IMG/VR virus record: IMGVR_UViG_3300028832_000101
Coordinates: 1-49,379 of that record
Length of the DNA stretch: 49,379 bases
Direction: 5' to 3' (one strand)
Source: a virus
Lineage: Duplodnaviria > Heunggongvirae > Uroviricota > Caudoviricetes
The translations under genes were made by a program, and so were the position numbers. The notes below the pieces were generated by a model. That model saw only the letters and a list, made by a program, of their open reading frames with translations, searched no databases and was not told where the DNA came from. Position 1 is the first letter of the stretch; every line of letters begins with the position of its first letter. Positions 23,954 through 33,526 of the stretch are shown here, one piece after another.

Positions 23954-24168
23954 AATAGGGTGTCAATAGACACCCATTTTTTTTATTGACATTTACTTGA
24001 CGGCACCTTCGCGGGCGCTTTGCTGCGAAGGTGCCGAGTTTACATAATACTTTACACTGGGGTATTTTTTGTGTAAACTGACTTCCGCACATTTTTTTTA
24101 TAATTTTTCCTAAAAACTATTGACTTTTATTTTTTATTATAGTATAATTATTATAATAAATAAAGAAA

Positions 24169-24615
24169 GTGAGAGTGGTAGTTATGTTAGACTATGAAAT
24201 CAAAACTGATATTGTTGAAATTACATTAGAAAGTGGCAAAAAAGTTAAGGTTGCTAAAAAGTGGGTTGATAACACTATTGAAGCATTAAAAACTGACATT
24301 GAAGATGTATTGCTAATGTGGTTAGAAGATAATGATTATCTTGTTAATGAAGAACAAGAAGAACTTGACGCAAAGGCAAAAAAGGTTGTTAAAAATGTTG
24401 TAAAATCTTCAAATACTGAAAGAAAGGTAACTACTAGGGAAAGAAAACCTAATGTTCCAAAACAAGAAATAATTTCACTATTAACTCAATTTTTATTAGA
24501 AAATGGTGCATTTTTTAATATAATTGTTGAAAATGATAGCAAAATTATTACTTTTACCTATCTTGGCAAAGATTTTAAGATAGATTTAACTGAAAAAAGA
24601 GTAAAAAAACAATAA
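24169..24615 (+). CDS. Hypothetical protein, paralog C
   Basis: LED..Y..NEEQEEL, ERKPN and KIDL.EKRVKK shared with 26976..27395. Confidence 0.8.
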   Translation: MRVVVMLDYEIKTDIVEITLESGKKVKVAKKWVDNTIEALKTDIEDVLLMWLEDNDYLVNEEQEELDAKAKKVVKNVVKSSNTERKVTTRERKPNVPKQEIISLLTQFLLENGAFFNIIVENDSKIITFTYLGKDFKIDLTEKRVKKQ

Positions 24616-25470
24616 TTTTACTCTTTTTTTGTGTAAATTTACATGTCAACGGCCCATCTGCGCCCGCGCCAGGCCGAATTTTTAAAAAGTCAAGTGTTTT
24701 TGATAAATTTTACACGAATTTTACACTTTTTTTGATAGGCGATTTTTTCCCGAAATTATGCACCAACGCCACCAGGCGTATCAGTGCATTTTGCGGCAAC
24801 CGCCGTAATCTACTATATGGCTCACATCTCTCCGTAAAGCGACCGCGATCCTATATGGCAAAATTTTCTGTTGAAAGTGATCAGATCCAGATCCATCTAT
24901 ATTTTTCCTAGAATCACAAGAGTAAAAGTTGATATATGAAAAATTTTATTATATAATACAAAAAAACGCTAAAATATCACCTGAAACCCTCGATCACAGG
25001 ATATATGAACCGGCTTCCCGCATATTCCTTATAGAATTGACAAAATTAGCTGATCTGAGCCATTTTTATTCATTTTCGCACATTTTTACGTGAGAGACAA
25101 TAGTAAGCAAATAAAGCCAAATGGAGGATAATCTGCTTAGCAAAAAAATGTTTTCTCTCTCACTTTTCTCACAATAGTAAAACAAAAAAATAAAGTGCGG
25201 CAACCGGCACCTTATAATAATACTCTCCCATTATAATTATATAATAATTTTTTAATAAAATCAAATAACATTGACATTTTAAGCCAATTTTATTTTACTA
25301 CAACAGACAAATATACATGAACACAATAGACAAGCAATTAGGGCGGCAATGAGATATGAAATTGCTTAATAAAAATGAAAAAAGAGAGAATAATATTTCT
25401 CTCATTTCTTTTTCGTAATCGTAATTTGAAATATATTATATGGTAGGAGGCGGTCGGCGCCACCGCAACT

Positions 25471-25503
25471 ACACTATTTACACTATTTACACTATTTACA
25501 CTA
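25471..25503. repeat. 9-bp tandem repeat ACACTATTT x3.7
   Basis: Read directly; lies at the junction of the convergent gene blocks. Confidence 0.85.
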
Positions 25504-25511
25504 TATTATCT

Positions 25512-25859
25512 TTAATATAAACTTATATTTCGTATATATGGTGATAATTTATGTTGTCCATGATACTTATCTTCTTCTAAACAAAATTGATTAGTATCCA
25601 TTTCTAATTCATTATTTATCTTACATTTGTAATCATCAATAGCAAAGTCTACTATTCTATATTGATAACATAATCTACCTAAATCTATTAATAAATCTAT
25701 TCTATGTTCATAATCCATTTTAGTTATATCTATATTATATGTTTTAAATAACTCTATAATATCATTCATTATAGCTTCTTTCATCTTAAATACTAACATT
25801 ACATCTGTTTCATTATCCATTCTTATCTTCATATGCGGCATTACCTTCCTTTCTTTCAT
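25512..25859 (-). CDS. Hypothetical protein, 115 aa
   Basis: Clean ORF. Confidence 0.65.
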   Translation of the reverse strand: MKERKVMPHMKIRMDNETDVMLVFKMKEAIMNDIIELFKTYNIDITKMDYEHRIDLLIDLGRLCYQYRIVDFAIDDYKCKINNELEMDTNQFCLEEDKYHGQHKLSPYIRNISLY

Positions 25860-25860
25860 T

Positions 25861-26140
25861 ACTTTGTATGGAATTTGGCGGCACCCTTATACATATAATT
25901 TCCCCGTAGGGGAACATTGTATGTATTTTTGTATTTAATATTTAGGCTTTCATACATACATACATTAGATACATTTGTATGAAACTATACATACACATAC
26001 AATACACACATACATACATTTGTATCCAACTAATACTTACATACATACATTTCATACAAATTAAAACCCATGAAATCCATCAGTGTTTGTATTGTATGTA
26101 TCTTTGTTTGAAACCTGTTTCATACTTTCATACAAATGTT
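25861..26140. repeat. CATA/TACA-rich tract with TTTCATACAAA boxes in both orientations
   Basis: Boxes near 25864, 25975, 26051 and 26128 plus CATACATACATACA runs. Confidence 0.7.
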
Positions 26141-26534
26141 CATTTCTTGTTTTCCATGCATTTCTGGTAGCTATTCTCTTTACATTTGCCCCCAAATAAG
26201 CAATAACTTCTTGTTCCGTAGGATAGCCCCCATTTTTCTTTTCATATAGCTCTTTATATGCCCCCCAAATTTGTTCATCAGTTACCTCAGAAGGTCTTCC
26301 TCCTTTAGTCCCTTTTTCTTTTTGTGCGGCAACATAACTATCTTGCCCCTCAAATAATTTAGCATTTGTTTTAACATACATCTTATCAACCCCAGTTGCT
26401 TCTGGCGGAAACTCTCTATATAGTCCCCAATAACATAAAACATATGTAGCTCTATATCTATCTTCAGGTTCTAAATCCTCAAGAGCTGTTAAAAATTGTT
26501 CTAAATATAAAAATTTATCTCTCATTTCCAGCAC
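26061..26534 (-). CDS. Replication-initiator-like protein (DUF6291-like N-terminus, C-terminal HTH)
   Basis: N-terminal FLYLEQFLTALEDL...YGL pattern recalled from phage initiator N-domains. Confidence 0.5.
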   Translation of the reverse strand: MLEMRDKFLYLEQFLTALEDLEPEDRYRATYVLCYWGLYREFPPEATGVDKMYVKTNAKLFEGQDSYVAAQKEKGTKGGRPSEVTDEQIWGAYKELYEKKNGGYPTEQEVIAYLGANVKRIATRNAWKTRNEHLYESMKQVSNKDTYNTNTDGFHGF

Positions 26535-26777
26535 CTACCCCTCAATACCTTCAAAGTATTCTTTTACGGCAGGATGTGTTTCTAAAAACTCCTTTAGTTC
26601 TTTCAATTGTTGTTCTTCTGGCTTCTCTTTCTCTATAAAAATGGCTTTTTTACCTCTACCTTTTTTCTCTATTAATATCCCATATTTTTTCAAAATCCCT
26701 GCTTGAACTGAAAGGAAATTCTTATATATAGTATTTTCACTATATCCATATTTTTCTGCTAATTCTTTTTGTGTCAT
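26535..26777 (-). CDS. Small HTH protein, 80 aa
   Basis: MTQKELAEKYGYSENTI HTH signature. Confidence 0.75.
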   Translation of the reverse strand: MTQKELAEKYGYSENTIYKNFLSVQAGILKKYGILIEKKGRGKKAIFIEKEKPEEQQLKELKEFLETHPAVKEYFEGIEG

Positions 26778-26975
26778 AAATTCCCTTCTTTCTACTCATT
26801 TATATTATAACAAAAATTTTTCCATAAGTCCAATAGAAGTGATGGAAAAAAGTCGTTTTTTATCGTTCCTCTGTTTTCCATACAAAATCTATACAAAGCC
26901 ATACATCTTAATATAGTATGCGGAAATGCTTGCTTTTACAAGAAAAGGACTAGGTATTTCTACCTAGACCGTATA

Positions 26976-27395
26976 TTAGTTCTTCTTTACTCTTTTTTCA
27001 ACTAAGTCAATTTTCATTGCTTTTCCCTTGAAGTTAAATTCTATTAACTTACCTATGTTAGTTATATTAACATCAGTTACTTCATCTAATTCATTTAAGA
27101 AGTCAGCCAAACTAGCAATTAAATCTTCTTTATCAGGATTAGGTTTTCTTTCAATTTTCTTTCTTTCCTTTTTTTGAGCTTCTGCTTTATGTATAGTTGC
27201 AGTTATCTTATTATCTTTTGCTTTTTGAGTTAATTCTTCTTGTTCTTCGTTTATTTCGTAGCCCTCATCTTCAAGATATACTTGAATAGCATCTTCTCTA
27301 TCTAAACCTAATTTATCCATTAAATTTTCAATAGTCTTTTCATTTATTCTTATTATTTTACCATTTTCTAATTTATAATCAAACATACTAATCAC
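26976..27395 (-). CDS. Hypothetical protein, paralog C'
   Basis: Clear similarity to 24169..24615. Confidence 0.8.
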   Translation of the reverse strand: MISMFDYKLENGKIIRINEKTIENLMDKLGLDREDAIQVYLEDEGYEINEEQEELTQKAKDNKITATIHKAEAQKKERKKIERKPNPDKEDLIASLADFLNELDEVTDVNITNIGKLIEFNFKGKAMKIDLVEKRVKKN

Positions 27396-27398
27396 CTC

Positions 27399-27608
27399 TT
27401 ATTCAAAATCACTTTCTATTCTAAATTTTGGATTTGCATCACCGTCTTGGCAAGTGCAATTATATAAATATATTTCATGTTTTACAACAGATGCACATTC
27501 ATCAAGAGTCCAATATGAACCAATTTCATACCATTCTCCTGCGGGATATATTACATATCCTTCTTCATCTTTAATATCATTTTCTGCATATCTTAAAACT
27601 TTCCACAT
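27399..27608 (-). CDS. Small hypothetical protein, 69 aa
   Basis: Promoter at 27655-27683, GGAGTG RBS. Confidence 0.7.
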   Translation of the reverse strand: MWKVLRYAENDIKDEEGYVIYPAGEWYEIGSYWTLDECASVVKHEIYLYNCTCQDGDANPKFRIESDFE

Positions 27609-27712
27609 AATTTATCACTCCTTTTTTTATTTTTCTTTTTTATTTTATATATATATTATATAATATTTTTAAAAAAAAATCAATATAAATCGTGTGGATG
27701 AAATAAAAAAGT

Positions 27713-28570
27713 CTATGCAGCTAGATCCGCCATATAGACTTTTAATTGTTCACTTCTTATAGGATTTCTCATTTTTCGTAAAGCCTTTTCTTCTATTTGT
27801 CTTATACGCTCTCTAGATAAATCCATATCAGCCCCAATTTCTTCTAATGTCATAGCTTCTCCGCCATTAAGTCCATATCTTTTTATAAGGACTTCTTTTT
27901 CGCGGGGATCTAGACTATCCATTACTTTTAACAATTGTTCTCTTAAATCTTCTTTCGCAACTTTTTGCATTGGTGTTTCATAATGAGTGTCCTCTATATA
28001 ATCTCCAATACAAGTATCTTCATCAACTCCCATTGGAGTATCAAGAGATAAAGCAGTTTGACTTATTTCATTTATATTTCTAACTTCTTCTTCAGTTAGT
28101 TGTAAAAATTCAGCAACTTCTGCATTTGATGGTTCTCTTCCTAAATCAAGAGATAATTGAGCAAATGCTTTCTTTACTTTTAATATTTTTTCTCCTATAT
28201 GAGATGGAACTCTAATAGTCCTACTTTTTTCAGCAAGAGCACGAGTAATTGCTTGTTTAATCCAATATGTAGCATATGTTGAGAATTTATATCCAAGTGT
28301 ATGGTCAAACTTTTCTACTGCGGCAATCAATCCAAAATTACCTTCTTGAATTAAATCTTGAAAACTAATCCCTCTTCCTTTATATTTCTTAGCAATAGAA
28401 ACAACTAATTTTAGATTACTATTAATTATATCATCTCTTAAATGCGGATCACGCGTTTCTCTAAACTTAGCGAACATCTCTTGTTCTTTATCATAATCAT
28501 ATATATCATATTGACCTATTGATTTTAAATACTCTTGTAAATCATTTATAGCATTAACTTTATCTTTCAT
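27713..28570 (-). CDS. sigA: Primary-type sigma70 factor (SigA/RpoD-like, no region 1.1), 285 aa
   Basis: [39 protein letters not shown] and [16 protein letters not shown]. Confidence 0.95.
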   Translation of the reverse strand: MKDKVNAINDLQEYLKSIGQYDIYDYDKEQEMFAKFRETRDPHLRDDIINSNLKLVVSIAKKYKGRGISFQDLIQEGNFGLIAAVEKFDHTLGYKFSTYATYWIKQAITRALAEKSRTIRVPSHIGEKILKVKKAFAQLSLDLGREPSNAEVAEFLQLTEEEVRNINEISQTALSLDTPMGVDEDTCIGDYIEDTHYETPMQKVAKEDLREQLLKVMDSLDPREKEVLIKRYGLNGGEAMTLEEIGADMDLSRERIRQIEEKALRKMRNPIRSEQLKVYMADLAA

Positions 28571-28658
28571 ATTACTTTTACCTTGCGGCAGCAGCCGTCC
28601 TTTCCATCTTTTACCAAGAATAGGCGAACCTTTTATTGGGTTCGCCTTTTATATGATA

Positions 28659-28991
28659 TTATTCAGCGATTGAATAAACTGCTGTTTTGCCATCTTTTGC
28701 TCTAACAACTTTTCCTGCGTCAACTAATTTCTTAACTAATGCAGATGCTTTTTGTCCAGAAGTTAAACCAAATTCAGTAACGATTTCAGCTATTGTAACT
28801 GGTTTACCAGTTTCAACCATATAGTTATAAATCTTTTCTACTGTTTCAGCATTTTCTTTTTGAGTTTTAGTTTCAGTATTTCTTTTCTTAGAAACTAATT
28901 CAATTTGTCTGTCTAAGAACTCTACTAGTTCAGCGTTGTCAGCAACATATCCTTTTAATTCTTCAAAATATTCTCTTTTAGTCATAATCAA
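28659..28991 (-). CDS. Winged-HTH family protein, paralog B'
   Basis: MTKREYF, DNAELVEF, QKASALVKKL; closest to 23588..23953. Confidence 0.8.
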   Translation of the reverse strand: MIMTKREYFEELKGYVADNAELVEFLDRQIELVSKKRNTETKTQKENAETVEKIYNYMVETGKPVTIAEIVTEFGLTSGQKASALVKKLVDAGKVVRAKDGKTAVYSIAE

Positions 28992-29298
28992 TACACCTCT
29001 TTCTAATTTTTTCTTTTTTGACTAATTTTGTAATATTTATTTTTTATTACACTTATATTATATTATATTTTTTATTATAAATCAATTAGTTAGTTTTTAT
29101 CGGGTTCCCCTAAAGCCGTGATCCCGCGGGAAAACTAATAAACCACTAAACACTCTACTACACCATTAAAACCCTGTAGCCGGTTATATGCAACTTTTGG
29201 TAGACATTCTCATATGAGTATAGTTCACGCTTGCAGTTGCCGCATATATATAGGTCAACTCTTTTTTTATGGGGAGAGTTGTTTAGAACCCCTATTAA

Positions 29299-29658
29299 TT
29301 ATTCAGCAACTGAATAGAATGATTTATTCTTTTCAACTACTTTTATAACTCTTTTAGCATCTACTAATTTCTTTAATAGAGCAGAAATCTTTTGATTAGA
29401 TAAAGTTGAGAATTCTTCATTAGTAGCTTGGATTTCAGTTATAGTAACTGGTTTTGCTAATGCTGCGATTACTTCATAAACTTTTTCAACTAATTCAAGA
29501 TTTTCTTTTTGAGTCTTAGTTAAAGTGTTTCTTTCAGCTCTTTTGTTTAATAATTCAATTTCATGATTAGCAAATTCAACTAAATCAGTTCTGTTTAATT
29601 CAGTTGCAATAGCAATTATGTCATTGAACATATCTCTTTTTGTCATTTTCTTTTCCAT
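29299..29658 (-). CDS. Winged-HTH family protein, paralog A'
   Basis: IATELNRTDLVEFANHEIELL; closest to 22646..22999. Confidence 0.8.
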   Translation of the reverse strand: MEKKMTKRDMFNDIIAIATELNRTDLVEFANHEIELLNKRAERNTLTKTQKENLELVEKVYEVIAALAKPVTITEIQATNEEFSTLSNQKISALLKKLVDAKRVIKVVEKNKSFYSVAE

Positions 29659-30304
29659 AGTATTATCAATTCCTTCCTATAATATTTAGGTTTTTATGAA
29701 CTCCTATAAACATAGGCGGAAATACTTACCCTAATATGCAACATTAGGCTACATATCCTATTGGTAGGTTAATTCCTACTAGTAAGTATTTCCTACAACT
29801 TATTTGGAAGGTAGTTGTCAAACCCATCTCTTTTTTAAGTCTATATTTTTTTGTTAACGGAGAAATGGACTTGCTAGAAGAGCAGCTATCTAAAACTCCA
29901 ATTTATATTTAAACACAGGACTTTACAACCTTAATACGATTTTAATTATTACCCTGATTTTCACAGACGCACTGTATTATTTTGTGTTTTTAATTAAGTG
30001 TGCTTCAATTTACCTTGCTTTTCACGATTGCTGGGAGAAGCGGCCCGGCTAACTCTTTACTCTTTGTTGTAAGTTTGCATACTTACATTTTTCAAAGGCT
30101 TGGTGGCTAACAACCAATATGTTATAACTAGTGTTTTTTGTATTCACGACGACTTAATGCTATTGGTTCCCGTCAGAACTTCTCGCCTCCAACAATATGT
30201 TGTGCTTACTATTTCGCATTTCATTAAGTTATAAGCAGTGTTCGCTTCACTGGTTCTTTTCTTTTTTCTTTTTCTTATATATATTATATAATAATTTTTA
30301 TAAA

Positions 30305-30435
30305 TTGTAAAGTAATTTTTATTAAATGGCTTTTGCTTCCCACTCACAGTTTTTAGAAGCTGATCAGGCTCCCTCACTAGCTAGAACTGTCAGTAAGGAG
30401 CAAAAACCATTTAATTTTTATTACTTTTCTTATTT
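30305..30435 (-). ncRNA. Candidate rod-shaped small RNA
   Basis: 30-nt arms 30321-30350 and 30386-30415 pair, with 3 of 5 mismatches being G.U on the minus strand; own promoter; no credible ORF. Confidence 0.5.
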
Positions 30436-30474
30436 ACAATATAATTATATAATATTTTTTATAAATAATCAATA

Positions 30475-30738
30475 TTATTTTCTTTTAGTTGCTAAGAAAC
30501 TTATTTTATCAATAATAACAATTCCACCTGTACGAAGTTGTCCTTTAATTCCAACTAAGTCTCCTTTATGACAATATTCAATAGTATGTTCAGCAAGTTT
30601 CCCAAATATTTCACATTCAATGAAATCAGTTTCATATATACCCTTTTCATTTTTATAACTTCTTTGAACTGCTAATGTAAGTGTATTACCCTTAATATCA
30701 TGAGCAAGTCTTCCAATTAAATAAACTATATTGTGCAT
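30475..30738 (-). CDS. ssb: Minimal SSB-like OB-fold protein, 87 aa, no acidic tail
   Basis: N.VYLIGRL, LAVQR, ETDFIEC and KGDLVGIKGQL. Confidence 0.8.
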   Translation of the reverse strand: MHNIVYLIGRLAHDIKGNTLTLAVQRSYKNEKGIYETDFIECEIFGKLAEHTIEYCHKGDLVGIKGQLRTGGIVIIDKISFLATKRK

Positions 30739-30810
30739 AATCTCTTTCCTCCTTTTATATTTTCTATATATATTATATTATAATTTTTAATAAAAATCAA
30801 TATAAATATA

Positions 30811-31062
30811 TTAAATTGAATTAGGAACAAAGAACCACTTTTGAATTAATATTTGTTCAGGTAATTCTACGAAATGAATTATATAATCCCCCTCATCAAT
30901 AGAATAAGATATTGTTCCATTAGTTGCGGCAATGCTAAATTCACCATATTTTTCCTCAACAAATTTATATAAATCTTCATCTGTATATATATTAAAGATT
31001 TCTTCTAATATAGGCTTAATGTCCTTTGCATTATATATAATTGGTTTTTTCATATTTATCAT
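30811..31062 (-). CDS. Hypothetical protein
   Basis: ORF in operon. Confidence 0.65.
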   Translation of the reverse strand: MINMKKPIIYNAKDIKPILEEIFNIYTDEDLYKFVEEKYGEFSIAATNGTISYSIDEGDYIIHFVELPEQILIQKWFFVPNSI

Positions 31063-31068
31063 TCCCTT

Positions 31069-31551
31069 CTAAAAATCGGTAGATCCGATCATCTTTATCA
31101 TAGTATCACATTTTTCTTTATGAGTTAAGTAATAATGTACTGCCCAAGTTGTTGCGGCAATCTCTGCTTCTATTTCAAAATATTTAGTGAAGTATTCATG
31201 TTCAGTTTCTATAATACCTTGTTCGTAAAGAAATGTATATATACTATCTAATTTAGCTCTTTGTTCTCTCATTTCTTCTGTATTTGTCATTATATGCCCC
31301 ATTTCATGAAGTATTGATATAGCAATCCAATTATGAATATTAGTATTAAATTTTTTATTTACCCAATTCATAAATATTTTACTAATTCTATCATATCTTT
31401 TGTTTCCTAAGAATATTATTTCTTCATCACAATCAACAGAAAAACTAGAACTTCTACAAACTTTTACATCTTCATCTATATCTAATATAAAGTCTTGAAT
31501 TATTTGTATATCTTTTGTTATAAAATGATTTCTTCTACTCATAATTATCAC
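31069..31551 (-). CDS. HExxH zinc-metallopeptidase-like protein
   Basis: SILHEMGH and a downstream E..A. Confidence 0.65.
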   Translation of the reverse strand: MIIMSRRNHFITKDIQIIQDFILDIDEDVKVCRSSSFSVDCDEEIIFLGNKRYDRISKIFMNWVNKKFNTNIHNWIAISILHEMGHIMTNTEEMREQRAKLDSIYTFLYEQGIIETEHEYFTKYFEIEAEIAATTWAVHYYLTHKEKCDTMIKMIGSTDF

Positions 31552-31644
31552 TCCACTTTCTATTTTTTCTTTTCTTATTTTCTATATATATTATATTATA
31601 ATTTAATAAAAAAATCAATAAAAAAGAGAGGCGGCAATTGAAGA

Positions 31645-33051
31645 TTATTCTTCCTCAATTAGATCCGCTTCTTCTGGATGATGTAATTTATATAATGGAC
31701 AAGTTGCGCAATGATCTGGATTACAATACATTATATTGCTTCTATAAGGGTCTAAATCACCCTCATTTTCAGCTTCATATGCATCTCTATCACAATAATG
31801 ATTTATATCCAATTCACATACTGGATTCTCTCTACACCATATAGCACAGTTGCGGCAATCCCCATCACAATCTATATATTCATCTTGTATTTCACAATAA
31901 TGTTCATAATAGAAATTATCATTGATATGACCTTCTCCTGAATAACACATATCTTTGCAATTTTGAGTTCCTATATAATCTTCTTTACAACCACATGGAC
32001 AAGTTATTGTTTCATTATATATATGAAACTCTTCATAGTTAACAGGAGCATTTAATACATATACATTAGATCCGCTATATTCTCCATAACCATACTCGTC
32101 ATGTCTTCTATAAGCAGTATTATATGCAGAATTAAATTCACTTCTTCTCCATAATAAACCAACTCTTTCAAGTTTTTTATCTATATAATCTTCAACATGG
32201 ACTCTTAATAATTGTTTAAAACTGTCACTATAATTAGCTTTACCTGGATAAGGAGTATTAAAATGTATTGCTGTAAAATTTTTATTAACTGCAATAGTCA
32301 TTCTAATTTTTTTATATCTTATATTTTTAAAGGTATAATTATTATATAAATCAAACTTACCTTCATTATTCCATATATAAGTTACAATAGTGGCTTCATC
32401 AAGAACTCCTGCTAAACAACCATCAGCATGAGATTCACTATTCTCTGTTGATAATCTATAACAAGAAACCCAATTATATGGATTTTCACTAGATAACATT
32501 ATATCAACAGGGTCAATAGATAAAGTATATGTTGCGGAAATGGCTTGGTTTTCAAATATTCTACCTATTTTAGTAACTAGCTCTTCTGGAGCATTTAATT
32601 TACTTCTTAAGAAATGAGTTAATGTTGTTCCTGCTAACACATAACCTGGGAAGCACTTCTTAACTAAATTATCTACTTCATACATACGATAGCTTCCAAC
32701 ATCACTTATTTTATTTTCTTTTAAATGTGAAAACATATCTAACCAAGGATAGTAAATAGGATAATCTCTCCCAATTTCTAGGATAGCTTCTCTATAATCT
32801 ACATCTTCTTCTTTATATTCAATAGGCATATCAACTTTTATAGCCCCAAATAAATCATAAATATACTTTTTACTAGTAGCCCATTTAGTTAAATATTCTT
32901 CTATAACTTCATCTTTTATATCTTGAATATCTAAACCTGCATATTGAGCAATACATTTTGTAAAATCAGGAATATTAACTTCTTTTAACATAGGAGCATA
33001 TTCTTGTCCTAATTTTTCTATTAAAGTTTTTGTTTTTAACATACCAACCAC
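31645..33051 (-). CDS. Hypothetical protein with Cys-rich C-terminus, 468 aa
   Basis: Long clean ORF with own promoter. Confidence 0.8.
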   Translation of the reverse strand: MVGMLKTKTLIEKLGQEYAPMLKEVNIPDFTKCIAQYAGLDIQDIKDEVIEEYLTKWATSKKYIYDLFGAIKVDMPIEYKEEDVDYREAILEIGRDYPIYYPWLDMFSHLKENKISDVGSYRMYEVDNLVKKCFPGYVLAGTTLTHFLRSKLNAPEELVTKIGRIFENQAISATYTLSIDPVDIMLSSENPYNWVSCYRLSTENSESHADGCLAGVLDEATIVTYIWNNEGKFDLYNNYTFKNIRYKKIRMTIAVNKNFTAIHFNTPYPGKANYSDSFKQLLRVHVEDYIDKKLERVGLLWRRSEFNSAYNTAYRRHDEYGYGEYSGSNVYVLNAPVNYEEFHIYNETITCPCGCKEDYIGTQNCKDMCYSGEGHINDNFYYEHYCEIQDEYIDCDGDCRNCAIWCRENPVCELDINHYCDRDAYEAENEGDLDPYRSNIMYCNPDHCATCPLYKLHHPEEADLIEEE

Positions 33052-33175
33052 TTTCCTTTCATATATCTATTTATTTTTTATTACATATATATTATATTAT
33101 AATTTAATAAAAAAATCAAATAAAAAAGAATGCGGCAGCACCCGATCCATACTTCTATAGATCGGGGCCTTTGCA

Positions 33176-33526
33176 TTAATCTTCATCATCAAATACATAT
33201 ATGCCACTAGTTAATATATCATCTATTTCCGCCAAATTCTTTTCAGTTATTGGTTCAAAACTATCCATTAAACGGTATATGTATCTTCTAGCATCTCCTA
33301 CATTATTCTTTAATATAGCTTCCCCACATGCATGTATTGCACTTAGATTTTGCCAATATTTTCTAGTAGGCTCTTTAATATACATTTTCTCATATACTCT
33401 TAATCTTTTTATTTCATTACTCATATGGTCAAAGCGTCTTTCTATACTATCAATAATATAATCTGGTACACCGTATGACTCTAATAATTTATCAAATGGC
33501 ATAATTTTTTTATTCTTCTCCTTCAT
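33176..33526 (-). CDS. Hypothetical protein, 116 aa
   Basis: ORF overlapping upstream gene. Confidence 0.7.
   Translation of the reverse strand: MKEKNKKIMPFDKLLESYGVPDYIIDSIERRFDHMSNEIKRLRVYEKMYIKEPTRKYWQNLSAIHACGEAILKNNVGDARRYIYRLMDSFEPITEKNLAEIDDILTSGIYVFDDED

Larger units (their letters stand above)
17206..24148 (+). promoter_or_regulatory. 18 sigma70-type promoters TTGAC(A/T)-N17-TATA(A/C)T
   Basis: -35 boxes at 17206, 17585, 18234, 18643, 18846, 19755, 19907, 20154, 20925 (N16), 21023 (TTGATT), 21231, 22181, 22279, 22546, 23203, 23378, 23499, 24120. Confidence 0.9.
17061..24683 (+). repeat. Eight dispersed GC-rich hairpin elements (CGG...CCGAATTTT family)
   Basis: Copies near 17061, 18513, 19611, 20802, 22050, 23059, 23999 and 24650, all intergenic. 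Confidence 0.8.

Noticed and set aside
17061-24683. CRISPR array or integron attC array
   Set aside because: The repeats vary in sequence and are 0.6-1.5 kb apart. They have no RYYYAAC/GTTRRRY cores, and no cas gene or integrase is in the window.
30321-30415. Transposon ends, invertible segment or dif site
   Set aside because: There is no transposase or recombinase nearby, no target duplication and no dif consensus. The G.U-biased mismatches favour an RNA helix.
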